Part shown: one piece after another, positions 49,614 through 63,885 of the stretch | Numbering within the stretch: position 1 is the first letter of the stretch | Layout: every line of letters starts with the position of its first letter | Assembly (NCBI GenBank): GCA_051294375.1 | Contig: CM119263.1 | Location: forward strand, 16,641,661 to 16,705,660 | From: Paraspadella gotoi | Lineage: Eukaryota; Animalia; Chaetognatha | DNA: 64,000 nucleotides | Direction: 5' to 3' | The notes under the pieces: model-generated | Seen by the model: the letters and a program-made list of their open reading frames with translations, nothing else | The model's database searches: none | Told to the model about the DNA's origin: nothing | Position numbers and translations under genes: made by a program

Positions 49614-49880
49614 ATAAAGGAATTTCCCGATTGGCCTACCTACAAATCCACGTTTATTGAGAGATATCGTCAAGAAATGAAAGATTTAGAAGCTCAAAAA
49701 TGCAAAAAAATCCAAGAGGAGGCCTCACTAGTAACTAGAATTGCTTCTCCGCAAATACATACAATATCATTTACAGCTGGCCCCCCCCCGGAGCAGCGAT
49801 TCAAACCAGCACGATTACAACTCCAAACGAGGCCACCACGCTTTCAGTCCCGACGGAGGAAATCCTACAAATTGGCCTAA
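49614..49880 (+). pseudogene. 3' part of the ORF interrupted by retro copy 2
   Basis: In frame with the 31100 side and with ORF 49677-49880. Confidence 0.6.
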
Positions 49881-50371
49881 ACACTGATGACGAAGTAATG
49901 GAAGAATTAACGAGATCCCAAGAAGAGAAACTCCTTNNNNNNNNNNNNNNNNNNNNNNNNNNNNNNNNNNNNNNNNNNNNNNNNNNNNNNNNNNNNNNNN
50001 NNNNNNNNNNNNNNNNNNNNNNNNNNNNNNNNNNNNNNNNNNNNNNNNNNNNNNNNNNNNNNNNNNNNNNNNNNNNNNNNNNNNNNNNNNNNNNNNNNNN
50101 NNNNNNNNNNNNNNNNNNNNNNNNNNNNNNNNNNNNNNNNNNNNNNNNNTAGACTTTTGCATCAACTTGCTCCTAACAAAAGAAAAAAAGAAAAAAATTA
50201 AAACAAAAAAAACACACAAAAAGCTGTAGTTAGAAACTCTTAAAACGTTTTAGTCTCGCGAAATTAATACTTTATGTGGAGCAATTTTTATTCAATAATT
50301 TTCTTGATATTCTTCGCCTTCAATACTTAGACCAAGACACAAATTAATTTTAATTTTAATTATCTCTACGT

Positions 50372-50722
50372 TCAGGAAGAACTGTTCGCATAACCCTTGT
50401 CCAAAGAATTTCCAATGTCGCCCAGGAAATTTCTTTTATTCCACCAGCGGGGATTTTTAGCAAATGAATATTTAACCCCAGCTGGAGTTTTTTTGGATGA
50501 ATTTGATATTTTTTGTCTTTGGCACCATGATTTTAAAATAGGAGCAGAATTTTTAAAAATTATAGCTTTTATATTAGGATCGCCTTCAAATAAAGTGACT
50601 TTTTCGTGGTCGTCTATCACAATTATACCTATGTACAGATTTTCGTGAGTATAAGCCAGACGATTAAATTCTTGAATAAATTTTGGACATTGTGAGGCGA
50701 CTAACTTGGCAAGATTATTCAT
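50372..50722 (-). CDS. Hypothetical 116-aa protein
   Basis: ATG start and normal globular composition in an AT-rich context; no family recognised. Confidence 0.4.
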   Translation of the reverse strand: MNNLAKLVASQCPKFIQEFNRLAYTHENLYIGIIVIDDHEKVTLFEGDPNIKAIIFKNSAPILKSWCQRQKISNSSKKTPAGVKYSFAKNPRWWNKRNFLGDIGNSLDKGYANSSS

Positions 50723-53004
50723 TTGAAAATAGAGACAAGTTTTCCGTATTTTTTATCAAGGTGTAATGATTCGAAAATCATGAGCCTAAATAGAGTAAAA
50801 GTCAAAACAATGGTAAAACTATTCATGGTCAAAACTAACTAAAGGTGAGAAAACAATTGTATTGGTTTAGTGGCTCAAATAGGTTGACCCACTTAACGGT
50901 CAAGTGGTGGATTCGTATTGAAACAATTTGGTCGTTGTCGTCGTCGTTGTTTTTGTTAGCAGATGAGCTTCTACAATTTTTAGTTCTTTAGATCACAATC
51001 ATTAAAAAAATGGGGAAGAAAAAGAGAGAATGAGCAGCAAAGAAAAAAAAAGGAGTAAGATAGTGATATTCCTGACCTACTTTACTGACCGACGAAGACG
51101 ATAAAGAGAAATAAAGGAGAGAGAGAGAGAGAGAGAGAGGAGAAAGAGAGAGAGAGAGAAAATCCGGGCCCGATCCACTCGGACTTCGACCGGAAGAAAG
51201 CCCGACTCACCACGGAGAGAGAGAAAATCTCCCCGATCCGAGCGGAAAAAGCCCGGAAGGAGAAGTGAGTCGAGTCGGGCAGCCGCACGCCGCGCTCCGG
51301 TCTACGCTGCGTCGGGAGAGCTGAGTATATGAACTCAGAGAGAGAGAGAGAAAAGAGAGAGAAGAAGAGAGAGAGAAGAGAGAGGAGAGAGGAGAGAGAA
51401 AAAAGAAGAGAAGAGAGAGAGAGAACTTCTACATGGAGATCGCAGTATCAAAGTATATTTTTGTCGCTTCTAATATCATTCAACCTTTCCCTCTTAACCC
51501 CCTTTAACCCCACTCCTCCACCCCCACCCCCTTGCCTCCCCCCCAAGGGGCGAGAGTTTCCCCACATAAGCCGGCTGACGAGGCCGAACGGCGCATCGTC
51601 ACACAACCCCGGCGAAAAGAACGCGGCTCCGGCGCGGCTGGGCGGGGAATGCTCTGATCGACCTCTGGCGGTCGTACAAGCGACGGACGAACGGACGTCA
51701 CGCGGACTTTTCACTTTGGAGAAACCTGTACGGGAGTTTTGAGAAGAGCGTACACGAGGGTGCTCATGGGTTGCGAAGACGGTTTGGGTAGCGGTGGGGA
51801 GGTTGGGGCCGTTCGGTTTTGCGGAGATAAAGTCATTAGTTAAAATTAATGTATTAATTTGGTATAAGAAAAATAGGTCAGAGCAGAGAAAGACGAAAAT
51901 GAGGTATGATCATCTAAACTAAAGTTAGTAATTATTGAAGATTTCTCTTAGTAAATTTTTTTTTATAAATGGTCGGTTATATTGTTATTTCACTCGTAAT
52001 TTATTGATTAAAAAAATTAATTTTTGGTAACAAATCTTACCAAAAAGATGTTTGCGAATACAAGATCATCCATTAAGGTTCAGAAGTCGATCTGGTCTTT
52101 AGCCATTCCCGACGGACCACTGTCACGGGTCAAGAACTTCAACAAACTCTCGCCCGCTGCGCCGCTCTGGCGTCTCGGCATGGAATACAACCACGAACGG
52201 GACACGGCGTCGCTCATATCTCGGCGTCACAGAACGTCCCGGCCCTCACGAGGACAAGATGCGCGAGGGCATGTCTTTTTCCGACGAGCCCGGCTACTAC
52301 GTGCCCGACAAATTCCGGCATTCCGAATCGAAAACGTCTGCTTCGCCAAGAGGGTCCGCTTCCGCGCGCCCGAAGACGACCGCGTTTTTGGGCGTGGAAT
52401 TGCGTCACGGGCTGGTTCCTTACGAGCCCCAAGTTGAATCCAAATAAGAGGCTTTGGACAATCGAGATGCGGAGATGGATAACGAGTATCACCGTCGAGC
52501 TGGAACGCGCGTCGGGAAAGAGTGAAAAAGCGGGAGGTTAACGGAGGCGGCGGCGTGGCTGCGTCTGCGGAACGGCCCGCTGCCGCTGATGAATCAGGAG
52601 GGCGAAGGAGCGGAGGAAGCGAGGAAAGAGGGCTGCTGAGTGGAGTAGCGGATTGTAATGGCGTTGAAGCGTTGTAATATTAACTTTGGCGGTTTCGTCG
52701 GCTTTTGGTCGGTTTCGATAAAGGATTTGTTTGGTGGCACATTAGAGCTGACGGATAAACGACTATGTTAAACAGTCCGTGCTGGACTTAACGTAATTAG
52801 GATTTTTACTTTAAAAGTAGTAACAACTACCCGTTATTTCAATGCGTCACGAAGCAAACCCCCATATAATTTTTTCATAATCAATTTTGGTACTAAGATT
52901 TTTGCGTGAGTGAAAAATCGTAGTCGAAAATTCCTTGGGATCAAATGAATTCATTCCTTTTTCCCAGGATGTCAATCTTTTCGGAAAAGTTTAAAAAAAA
53001 CCTC

Positions 53005-53190
53005 GAAATTGAAGACTTAAAGTTAAAGATTGTGAAGTTAAGAAATTAAAGTTAAACATCGGAAGTTGAAAGTATGAACTTAAAGAACTCAAGTTATAAG
53101 GACCTTATGCTAAAAATTCGAAGTTGGAGAATTAAAGTTAAAACCGAAAGTTAAAGAACTGAAGTAAAAACTTGTAAGTAAAACTAAAGG
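53005..53190. repeat. Degenerate AAAGTT/GAAGTT-rich tandem repeat
   Basis: Direct reading. Confidence 0.6.
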
Positions 53191-56100
53191 TTTATTTGCT
53201 CCTTAGAAATTTGAACAAGACAGGAAATAAATCGGCGGCGAGCCTCGCGGAAAGAAATAGGCGAAGATTAAATTTAGATCTTTAAATATTAATTAAAATG
53301 AAAATAAACTACGCGTTATTTGATATTTTTTTCTTAATTTGTTCTCGATCGTAAAATTCTCGCTTTTTTTTTTAGCAATGAAATCTGTACGATTTTGTGA
53401 CCGGTTCCGGTCAAGTTAATCCTCTTTACTTGCCGTAAATAAATTTTGAAGATGAAATGTAGATTCAAAACTCCAAATACTGTTAAATTTTTTATGCTTC
53501 TTTTATTTTATTTAAACAAAGAAACTTACCAAAGGATTTTGTCGGTTGACGAGACTCATGAAAGTTCCGGCGATGGAACCGAACCGAGAGATGAACAACA
53601 AGGTAGACTGGAACGATTTGCGTACGCGATGTTGGAATAATTCCTGATGGACATAAGCAAAATTATCAAATAGTAAGTTACATAAACCACCAAAGACTGT
53701 CGCAAATCACGGGAAAAATAGCTTTGTTTATTAGAGTTTCCCCAAGCCTTCAAAAAACCCCATACAATTCTCACGCGGTCCGGTTTTCCATTATTTTCTT
53801 AACTAAATTCATTTTAAAAGCCTGTTTAAGCAAAAAATGTGTTTTGCTAGTAACCCAACGAGCGTGCAAAAGTAAACAAGTATTGATGCAAAAAAAATAT
53901 AGGCAAAATTATAATATTTTTAAAGAAAGAAGGTTAATAATGCTAAACAATAAGGATTTTTTACCAAATATTATTAAAAAATACCGAGCTAGTTCTTCTC
54001 CCTATTTGCTTTTATAAAAATTTCAAAATATCTTGTTATTAATGGGGGGCCTTAACGCGGAAGTAAGTCTTTTCAGCCTATATGTGTTTTTATAGTTTCA
54101 ATTTTAATGAAATTATTTTAAATGTAAAAAAGTTAGATTTTTATTATAATTTTATTGTTTTATCTTTGTTTTTTTCAAGCAATGGGCAATGAGTTTTGGG
54201 CAAGCTTAGTCATATCCTCAATGCAATTCAAATATAGGTAATATTTTTTACCTCGTTAAAAAAATTACTTGTATAAGGAAATTTATAGAAATGCCACAAC
54301 ATTTTTTCCTCACCTTTTTGCTAGATTAAGAGCCAATTAAACTGAAATATAATATTAAATTCTCAATAATTTTTAAAAATTTATTTTTTCCTTGACTCAA
54401 AAGACGAACTTACAATCTTCCATCCTTCTATTTTTGTTCCTTTAAAAAATAATAATTAAAAAAATTGAAAATAAATAATAATATTAATTCTACTTAATGG
54501 TAATAATATAATTAAAAAATTTGAAATAATAATAAAAATAATGGGAATTAAGTTTGAAATTGACATAATCACTGAGAAGCTGTCTGTCTTAGAGTAGAGC
54601 GAGAGAGGTTTTTAACAAAGAACAGAGAATGTGAGAGTGGGATTGGGAAAAAGTAGAGAAAGAGACCGAGTTAAGGGATGCAAAATAACGGTCAACCCTA
54701 CTGAAGCAACTTAGTTCGTCCTCTCCACGAACACGGGCAATCCCTTCATAAAGAATACTTTGGATAGAGGAAGGGGGTCCGTCACTCCTGTATGCAAAAG
54801 AAGCAATAACTGGATGACTGCTGCACCTTACCATCAGGTGAGAAGAAGGGCTCTCGATCAGGTGAGCGGGCTCAAATGAACATTTGAGTAGTATTAAGCA
54901 TTATCCCCAAAGGATTTATCCCTGATCCAAACAGCAATCAACTCGATATCACTGTCTGGCATTGCCTCAACTTTTAACCAAGATTTTGTTTATTTTCGCT
55001 TGTTTACAACAAATCAAATGCTTTACTCCTTGTTGGCTATTTTAAACTGTAATAAACGATTTTTTTGAATCCTTCTTTGTCGTCATTTTTAAAATCAATC
55101 AGAAAGTGAGCAACTCACCTATTCACAATTTTGATAATTTCAATTTTCACCATTTTGGCTTTCAAATTTTACTTTATTGTTCTTAGTTCTTTTGTTGACA
55201 ACCATTATCTCTCTTCTCTCATCTCTCTCTCTCTCTCATTGGCAACCACAGAGTTTGAAACATGTCTATGGATGGATTAACCGTCACGGTGGTGAGCCGT
55301 GAACGAGCTAGTATTTTCTGCTTTGCTATTTTTTATAGAAATTTGGAAGAAATACAATTTAGTAATATTTATTGTAGTAGATATAAAATGGGCGTGAGCG
55401 CGTGAATCATGTAGCAAGTCTATTCTCAACATAAAAAAGAAGAAACTTATTAAAAAAATTATTATAGTCAACTTTTAAACTTAATCATAAAATTGAAATA
55501 TAACATTTTAAATTTTTTACTACCTGTCATGAATCATTGGTAATTTATCCGTCACGCTTTAGGTAAGTTACGTCTCTTTTAAATAACTTTGGGTAAGAAC
55601 ATGGAAAAAAGGACTGACCCAATCCGCGATCTACATTTAAAATACTTAATCAGATACTCCGAAGCGGCAAAATTACGAAATTTAATGAATAAACAACCGA
55701 GAGTCCTATCTCGTACAAATCAAAATTTCAACCATGTCCATTTTTAAACAAAAAAATTGTTGTTTGTAAACAATAAAAAACTTGTTTTTTCTCTAACATA
55801 ATTCTTATGTTATAATTACACTTATATATATTGATATATATTTATATTATATTAATATTTATTATATATATTGTAATAATATATAAAAATTAACTGTACT
55901 GTATCCCACTTCTGTATTGTAGCATAAGCTCTTCAAATGTTAAGTTTTATGTTCTTTAATTGCCTGTCTAAAACTATACCTTTTTCTAAGGAAAGGTTTA
56001 TTTTTAATACTACTTCCGGTTATTTTCTTTACTCCATTATTTTTACCTTACATCCGGTTTATACAGATGTCCTGGGTTTTAAAAAATATACTTTTTTTAA

Positions 56101-56785
56101 TAATTATTTAGTTTTTAATCATTGGTAGCAATTATTTAATAAAAATTAACAATAATGAAAAATTATTAGATTTTTTTAGAAAAAAAAATTACAACACGAG
56201 GATTGCGCCTAATTGACTTGGAACGCTTCATTGGGTTGAATACGCGTCAACATTTTTTTTTTCCAGATTTTGAGTTAAAAATTATTTTAATAATTGATAA
56301 ATAATCGGGGAAACCGAACGCGAAGTGAGAACTTGGGGACAATTTTTTGATACTGGGGAGGTCTATTGTTTATTAAATGAATGGATAATTTTTTATATTT
56401 GTTGTAAGAAATTTTAAAACAACTTTTAAAAGTTTTAAAACCTTTTAAAAGTTTTTACGATTTTTTCCAAGCCTTGGATTAAAGCCTACTCATTTAAGGA
56501 GGAGAGAGAGAGAGAGGTNNNNNNNNNNNNNNNNNNNNNNNNNGACTACGTCTCCCAAATGCCAGATCTCCATCTGGTGGAACAGACGTTGGGTGCCAAA
56601 CTGCTGACAAAAAGCGTTGGAGGATTCTCCCTCGTAAACAAATCGAAAATGATACTTTGCTGCTCCGACTAACATTTTTTTCAGCCACGGACCGCGGCGT
56701 GGCATGGCATGGCATGGCTTATCGTGTTTTAGTGATGCCACAGAATCTTTCATTCATCTCTCTCACGCAGTGAACGCGGTTGTTC

Positions 56786-56786
<1 letters not shown>

Positions 56787-56832
<46 letters not shown>

Positions 56833-57115
56833 GGGGAAACAATGGCGTCGGTCGTCATAGAAACGAAGCTTTATCTCTTAAAGAAGTTCGAGCCGGTTTG
56901 GTAGAGTGGAGGAAAGAAGGAAGGAAGGAAAGAAAGGAGGAAGGCAGGAAGGAAAGAAAGGGGAGGAAGAAAGAAAGGAAGGAAGAAATGAAGGAAGGAA
57001 GGCAGGAAGGTAAGAAAGGGAGGAAGGCAGGAAGGAAGGAAAGAAAGAAAAAATAAAGGAAGGAAGGCAGGAAGGAAGGAAAAAATGGAAAAGGAAGAAG
57101 ACAAGAAGGAAAGAA
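56787..57115. repeat. (CT)n and (GGAA)n microsatellites
   Basis: Direct reading. Confidence 0.9.
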
Positions 57116-59686
57116 ACGAGATTTTATTAATCGAATAATTAATTTGTTGTTTAATAAATGATTTCACGAATCAATTAATCGATCAATAAAATTAATTAAT
57201 CGATAATTTAAGGAATCGATCAATGACTTTAACTATACTTTCTAGCAACTTTTTTCCAAAAAATTCCTCCCCTCTTTGATCGGCGGAGGAGTCTGGGTGG
57301 ACCGGGGAGAAAACGGGAAAGTATTTGAGAGGAAGGGGATGATTTACTAAGAGTAGAGTCAAACTTTGTCAATAGGGTGGGTCAGAAGCTTGATTTGGGA
57401 ACCTTCCCAAATGAAACTTTATACAAGAGAGATCGGTATATTTGATGTTATATTTTTATTTCACTAATTCTTCGTAGTCTGTATCATCGTTGTGTGTTTT
57501 GCTTGGCGGGGCATTGGTGCCGGAGGCTATTAGTGGTCGATTTGTTCCTCCCAACCCTAGATAGTGTCCGGCGGTTGCTTGCTCCGGTTGGTCTTGCTGC
57601 TATGCAGTTAAGAGGTGACGGTGTTCGCTTCAACCCGCCGTGTTATTGTAATCGGGTGGTGTACAATGTCTGATCGACGAAGTTCATAGGACGCTGGTTT
57701 GCCTATTTTGGAACTTGGGTTCTGTTCATCTTAAATGTCTGTAATATAGCACTTATTTATTTACGTCGTCTTTCGTCTGCACTCGTTTGAGCTCAAGCCG
57801 TACAAAGGTGTCATTTGAAGCCTGTTAGGTTTCTAATGTCTTATTTCGGCTGGTAGTCTCTCGGTCTGGGTTCTGGGTTCTAGTGGCTCTTTTTTGCCAG
57901 GCGTATAAGTTATGGCACGTGGCCTCGTATACTGTTTGTAGTTCCTTTCTGTTCAGTGAGGGATTGTTGAGCTCGATTCTTATACTGGGGCTGCGATTAG
58001 TATCAGTTTAAGAAACAGAACTAATGTCGTTAGATTCATTATTGTTCTTCTGTCTATTTCCATTGGTTTTTATTAGAAGAAAAGAAAGAAGAGAAAGAGA
58101 ACCAGTGGCCAGCGGAAGAGAGAGTGCAAGATTGATCGGAGGCGCAGCGAGAAATTGCAACCACAGGGAGTAAATGGAGGACCGGTGTAATAGTGCATTA
58201 ATTTTGAAAAAGAGGGAAAAGAATTCGCCCAATATGGGGGGGGGTAGTAAGAGGAGGAGTAGGATAAAGAGGTGAGGGGGAAAGAGGAAGGGTAAAGGAA
58301 AGGTAGAGGGTTTTGGGCTACGGTTGCTTGGTTGCTTTGTTAACTTTCGCAGAGATTTGGAAACGACGCGACTGTATTCCTGGCCAAAAAATTAATAGGT
58401 CGATGGTCAAATTTAGGTCAAAAAAGGATTGCAAAATTGGGTCCCAGTTATTTGAAGTGAAAAGGTCGAAGAAGATGAGAAAGAGAATTCTGCGCTTGAG
58501 CTTGCTTTTCGCTATGCACGGATGATGCGTAGAAAATGGTAGAAGTGATTGATATTGTGGTTAGAAACAGCTGTAAAAACATTAGACTACAAGCATTTCC
58601 CCCTGACCATTGCGCAAATGCCCGATGCCTCTCGGTCGGCCTCATGTGGATCAATCTGCGAAAGCAAATCAATCAAAATCAAAAATAACAGAATAATTTT
58701 CTAACAAAAAACTGGGCGTCGCAAAAAAATTGTCTACAGAGATTTATGGACAGAAAAGAAAGGCAATAGAGAAAAAGTAGAATATTAAATTATATTTGAG
58801 AAAATTCGCATAACATTTTTTGAGAGTTAATTTTGGGCAAATTTTGTTCTGGGCGATTTTGCAATTCATACCGCTTTTAGATGGAAAAAGGGCGGAGGAA
58901 CGGGTAAAGGGGAGCCTGAAAATAGAGGAAGAAAAAGCAAAAGAAAAGTTAGAAAGCAAATATAAAGTGGACGACTGAAAAAAAAAATCTGGTTGGGGTT
59001 TGTGCCCGCCCCGCGAGACGATCTTGTCTGAGTCTTGGGTGCATTTAAAAAAAAAGGAGCGAAGGACGAATTGGGTCGTAAAAAGGAATGAAAAAGGGAA
59101 AGAAAAAAAAAAGAAAAGAGGGAGAAATATACGTAAATGAGAAGAGAAAGGAAAATCCAGGATTGACTGAGGAACGAAAGGAACGAAAAAAAAAACGCTA
59201 TTAATTAGTATTGCAGCTGAAAAAAAAATGTAAAAAAAAAAAAAAATAGCTAGTATTTCGATTTTTATCTTAAATATGGTAAAACTTTCAAAATACTATC
59301 GAATTTATAGGCCTAGACTTATGCATATGTATTTATGTATGATTATGTGGAGAAATTCGAGACCGCGCAAGCGTGCAATAAAGTGCTAGTCAGTACCAAC
59401 GACCCTAAACGTCATTGTGTTCGGTAACGCGTTATATTCGATCTTTCGCCACGACGGAGAAAGAAAAAAATGTAGCGACGACCGACGGCGACGAAGAAGG
59501 ACGACGACGCGGAACGAGCGCACAGTAGTTGCTTAGTAAATATAAAGACTTTGATAAAAGGTGGAAAATCGTGTAGCTTAGTAATTAACAAGGTTTATGT
59601 TTCAGAATTAGAGTTCTTTGTGGCCCCTATCTCTGGATGAAACGTTGTTTCAACTTCTATTTGGTCCTGATGCCTTTATTGTTGCA

Positions 59687-59766
59687 AATTCAATTCAATT
59701 CCAATTCAATCAATTCAATTCCCAATTCAATTCCAATTCGCAATTCAATTCATTCATCAATTCATT
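59687..59766. repeat. (CAATT)n-like microsatellite
   Basis: Direct reading. Confidence 0.85.
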
Positions 59767-62700
59767 GGTCGTCGATTGTGATCTATCGCTTTTTCGCTCT
59801 CAGTCTGAGACGCGTCATCACGTGGTCCGCCGTCTGACTTTCCGCGCTGGTGAGACGTTTTGGACAAGTTGATGCGGAGTCGTGTTGTTGTGCATTTTGG
59901 CGGCCGACTTCGTCAGTTTAATAAATGATGCTTCGGTCTAGAGAATTTTTGTGACGCGGATAACTTATTAGTTTATTTCTAACTAATAATTCGGTGCGAA
60001 TGCTAATTAGATATTAGCTAGTAGTAGTACTACTAGTATTTCTAATTTCGGGCATGATTGTGCAACCTTCAATAAGATTGAGTAAAAGAAGAATAATTAA
60101 GAAAATTACATGAGTGAAGCTTTTTTTTACTCCCAATTAATGAGGGCGCGCATACTAAATTTTTTACGAATAATTTTAACGGGCAATAATTAAAGAAACA
60201 TAATTCGATTTGAAGTGAAAATCGGCGGCGATAAAAGCGATGGCGTCTAATCATTTTTTTCGTGTGCCTCGTTTCATTTCTTTGATGCATCATTTAATTT
60301 GCTTTGTGCATCATTTCCATTTGGCTGTTGGTCATCGCAGTTCGCCGGTTAGTCTTTTTTTTTTTCACTTTTTGCCTTCGCGTTCGTCTTCGAAATAAAC
60401 AATTTTCTACCAAGTTAATTTTTTTTGGTAAAAAAAGAAAACTTTTGAAATCGGGAAAGACTGTTTGTTTTCGTCGTCTCTCTCTCTCTCTCTCTCTGTC
60501 TGCTCGTCTCTCGTCTCTCTCCTCCTTCATCTCTCTCGTCTGCTCTCTCGTCTGCTCTCATCTGGCTCTCTCGCGTCTCGGATGCTCTCGTGCTCTCTCT
60601 GCGTCTTTCTCTATTCCCTTTCTGCTAAATCACTTTTCCTCTCTCTCTCTCCCGGCCTGCTTTTTTTTCTTTGTCGCCGGCTGTGCCTCACGGAAAAAAT
60701 TTTTCCGCTAATGTTTATGGAGAGAAAAAATTCTTTTTTTCAAGAACCCGGAGAAAGGGAGAGAGATGGAGATAGAGAGGAAGGAAAAGAATTTAATACT
60801 AAGAGAGAGAGAGAGGAGAGAGAGAGAGAGAAAGAGAGAAGAGAGAGAGAGTGAGGAGAGAGAGCGTGTGCGTTAGTTAAGCTTGTAGGGCGCGGCGTAG
60901 GACTACTACCGGCGCGCGCGCGAATAAATTTTAAATTCGATGCTGCAAATTTTTTTGTGCTTTTCTTGTCTTCGAGTTGGTCTGCATTTTCTGTTTTCCT
61001 CGGATTAAAAAGAGAGAATTTCTGCTTTTGGGTATGGCAAATTAGACTAAGTGCGGGACTGGCGCTGCTCTCACTCTGGCCAGTGTCTCAATCTCTCTCC
61101 TTGGTTCAATTTTCTCTGTCGTATTCCCTGCTTTCTGTCCCTATGTTTTTTCTGCATTGTCTTCTCTTTCTGTTTTATTGGCTTTTGTATTTCAGCTTAA
61201 TATGCTTGCTGTCTCCCCCCATACCTCTCTCTGGCTCGTCTCTCTCTCGTCGTCGTCTCTCTCTCTCTCTCTCTCTCCTGCCTCTCTCTGCTCTCGTGCT
61301 CTCTTCTCGTTTGCTCTGTAGCAGTATCTGTTCTTTTTCGCGCTCACAGAGAATTTGCTTTGTCCTGCTCAAATTTGAAGACATCTACAAAATGTTTGCT
61401 CGTTTTTCTGTCGCTTTTTGTAAAAGTTTAAAAAGCATTTTTTGGTTTTGGCAGTCGTAATATAGGAAGAAACTTATGAGCCGGGGTAAGTTTGTTGATA
61501 TTTTATTTGGCGAATATATTGTTATTCCTTTCTTTGTCTCTCTCTGCTCGTCGTTCCCGTTCTCGGTCTCTCTCCTCGTCGGCTCCTCTCCTCTCTCTCT
61601 CTCTTCATCGTCCTCTGCTCTGCATCTCTCTCTTTCTCGTCGTCATCTCTGCTCTCCGCTCTTCTTCGTTTCTCTCTCTCTGTGGCACCTCGCCTCTTCC
61701 CATGCCGAGTGATTCATTTTATTGCCCCCAAAGCCGTTTGTCCTGTTTTTTCGGCGTCAAAACAACGGAAAATAACGGTTACGGGCGCGTTTTTCCCCTC
61801 TAGAGGCAGTACACGAAGCAGCCATTTACTTACCCGTCGCATCGTCCGGCTGTGGCACCCCCCGCTCTTTTACCCGGCCGGCCGCGTTGCTCGTCGCTGA
61901 CGCGCCGAGCCGGAGTTCGAGCAGACTTTTTGCTTTCTCGTCTACGTTCGCTTCTATACTTTCCTCTCATTTTTTTTTCTCTTGTCGCCTTTAATTCACC
62001 CGACTTACCTTCGCGGTCTCATCCCACTTTTCATTCTCCTATTTCGCTGTATTCGCCTCTTTCTCCACCGTTCTTCTTGCCTCTTAGTAGGGTAGCCTGC
62101 CAAAGTTCAAAATTTTAAACGGGAACAGCATTTAAACTAATCTCATATTGATATTAATGATTTATGTTAAAATATTTTTTTGCACAAAATGTTCCAGAAC
62201 GCTTGAGTAATGTGGCTAATTAATATTATTATATTACTATATAATGTTATAAATTTTTTATAATATCTTTAAATTTAGTAATATTAATATAGAGCTCAAT
62301 AAAGTTAAGGCAAAAGAACTATTTACAAACCTTTTTAAATTATCATATAAAGAACTACTAAGATCAATCGGATGCAATGATGATATCATTGATGATTTTT
62401 TTAAAGAGATTTTTACCAGAATTTTAACGGCACTTATCAGAAAAAAAGAATTATACTTTGGTGTAGACAAACTTTTTCATAAGCTATCTGAAATGGCTGC
62501 TTGGTTAAAAGTACAATATTCATGTATAGAGACTTTCGATTTTTGCCGTTGTTTTTCGGTCGAAAGCATGTCCTGTCAAAATAACTGTGCAATAAAATTC
62601 GTTGTGCGCAAAACAAATAAAATTGTTTTTCTCCTTAAGTGTAATGCAAAATTTTTTAAAAAATCTTTGACATTTCCTATCCATAAATAAATATTAAAAA

Positions 62701-63586
62701 AAAATTACTAGGTGCTTCTAGCGCTTTTAAGAAAATTTTGTCAGTGAAAGTTTTCGTCAGAAATGTATGNNNNNNNNNNNNNNNNNNNNNNNNNNNNNNN
62801 NNNNNNNNNNNNNNNNNNNNNNNNNNNNNNNNNNNNNNNNNNNNNNNNNNNNNNNNNNNNNNNNNNNNNCCGGCGCGCTAAGCACTCGGCCAAATGATTT
62901 TCCTAAAAAGGTTGTACAAATTATATAAAGCTGTAGGTTCGCTTTTAATTTTTTTTGGGAAACAAAAAATTCAACGTTCGAAGGCAGAGATTTCGACATC
63001 CGAGTCCCAAGTTTCCCGATTCGTGACGGAACGTCGCGACGATGATTATTACGAAGAAAGCGAATATCTGGCTTATTTTTAATGTTTGAAATTGAGGAAA
63101 AGTCAGAGGCCACGAAGTCGAACATTTTCACATTGCTTTTAAGGTGTTTTATTAAGTGTTTTTAACCAGTTGCTTATTGTGAAACTGAAACTGTTTTTAT
63201 ACCTCGTCGCCTATTGTATCAATATTAATAAATAGGCTAATGATTGAGAGAATGAAAGAATGAAATCGTTTTGTAAAAACAAGTTTGAGCAAACAATGTC
63301 TGATCTGCCTACAATAATTAAGCGGTAATAAGCTAATATGATGATAATTCTTGGAAATGTTTTCTGACTTTCAATTTGTGATCTTAACAGATCATAACAC
63401 GTTGTAACATAAACAAGTTTGAGCAAACAATCATTATTGGTAATCAATTAATAATTAATTCAAGATAAGTAATTATTTTATTTTGATTGATTGACTGATT
63501 AATTAATTATTGATTAATTAATTAACTTAAAAAGGAAAAAAAGCATAATCAATTAGTGAAACACGTTTTTTTGTTTTTTTCTATTT

Positions 63587-63885
63587 AAACTCATTTCCAC
63601 TCAAACGATTCCATCGAAACTTGATTTCCAGCTTAATCACACACTTTTCTACCCACATACAAAATTTCAAGTCAATCGCCCATCCACTCACGAGTAATTG
63701 GTGTTCAAATAGTAAATTTTTTTTTCCATTAAAACTCATTTCTACTCGGACGATTCTATCGAAACTTCATATCCAGCTTAATTACAAACTTCCCTACCCA
63801 CACACAAAATTTCATTCCAATCCATCCATCCAATCACGAGTAATTAGTATTTTTTGCTAAGGTGGGAGGGACAGATGGACATCAT
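63587..63885 (+). mobile_element. Possible Helentron/DINE-1-like non-autonomous element fragment
   Basis: Two ~115-bp direct repeats (63587-63700 and 63732-63845) containing CAAAATTTCA..CACGAGTAATT, followed by GGACAGATGGAC. Confidence 0.4.

Noticed and set aside
54589-54834. Gypsy integrase fragment (FAYRS...)
   Set aside because: Only a short weak resemblance with no flanking support
60017-60038. AGTAGT/ACTACT run as a Polinton terminus
   Set aside because: Short local palindrome with no matching partner TIR or TSD in the window
60304-61803. Many ORFs rich in S/L or R/E, plus ORFs spanning N runs elsewhere
   Set aside because: Artefacts of CT/AG microsatellites and assembly gaps
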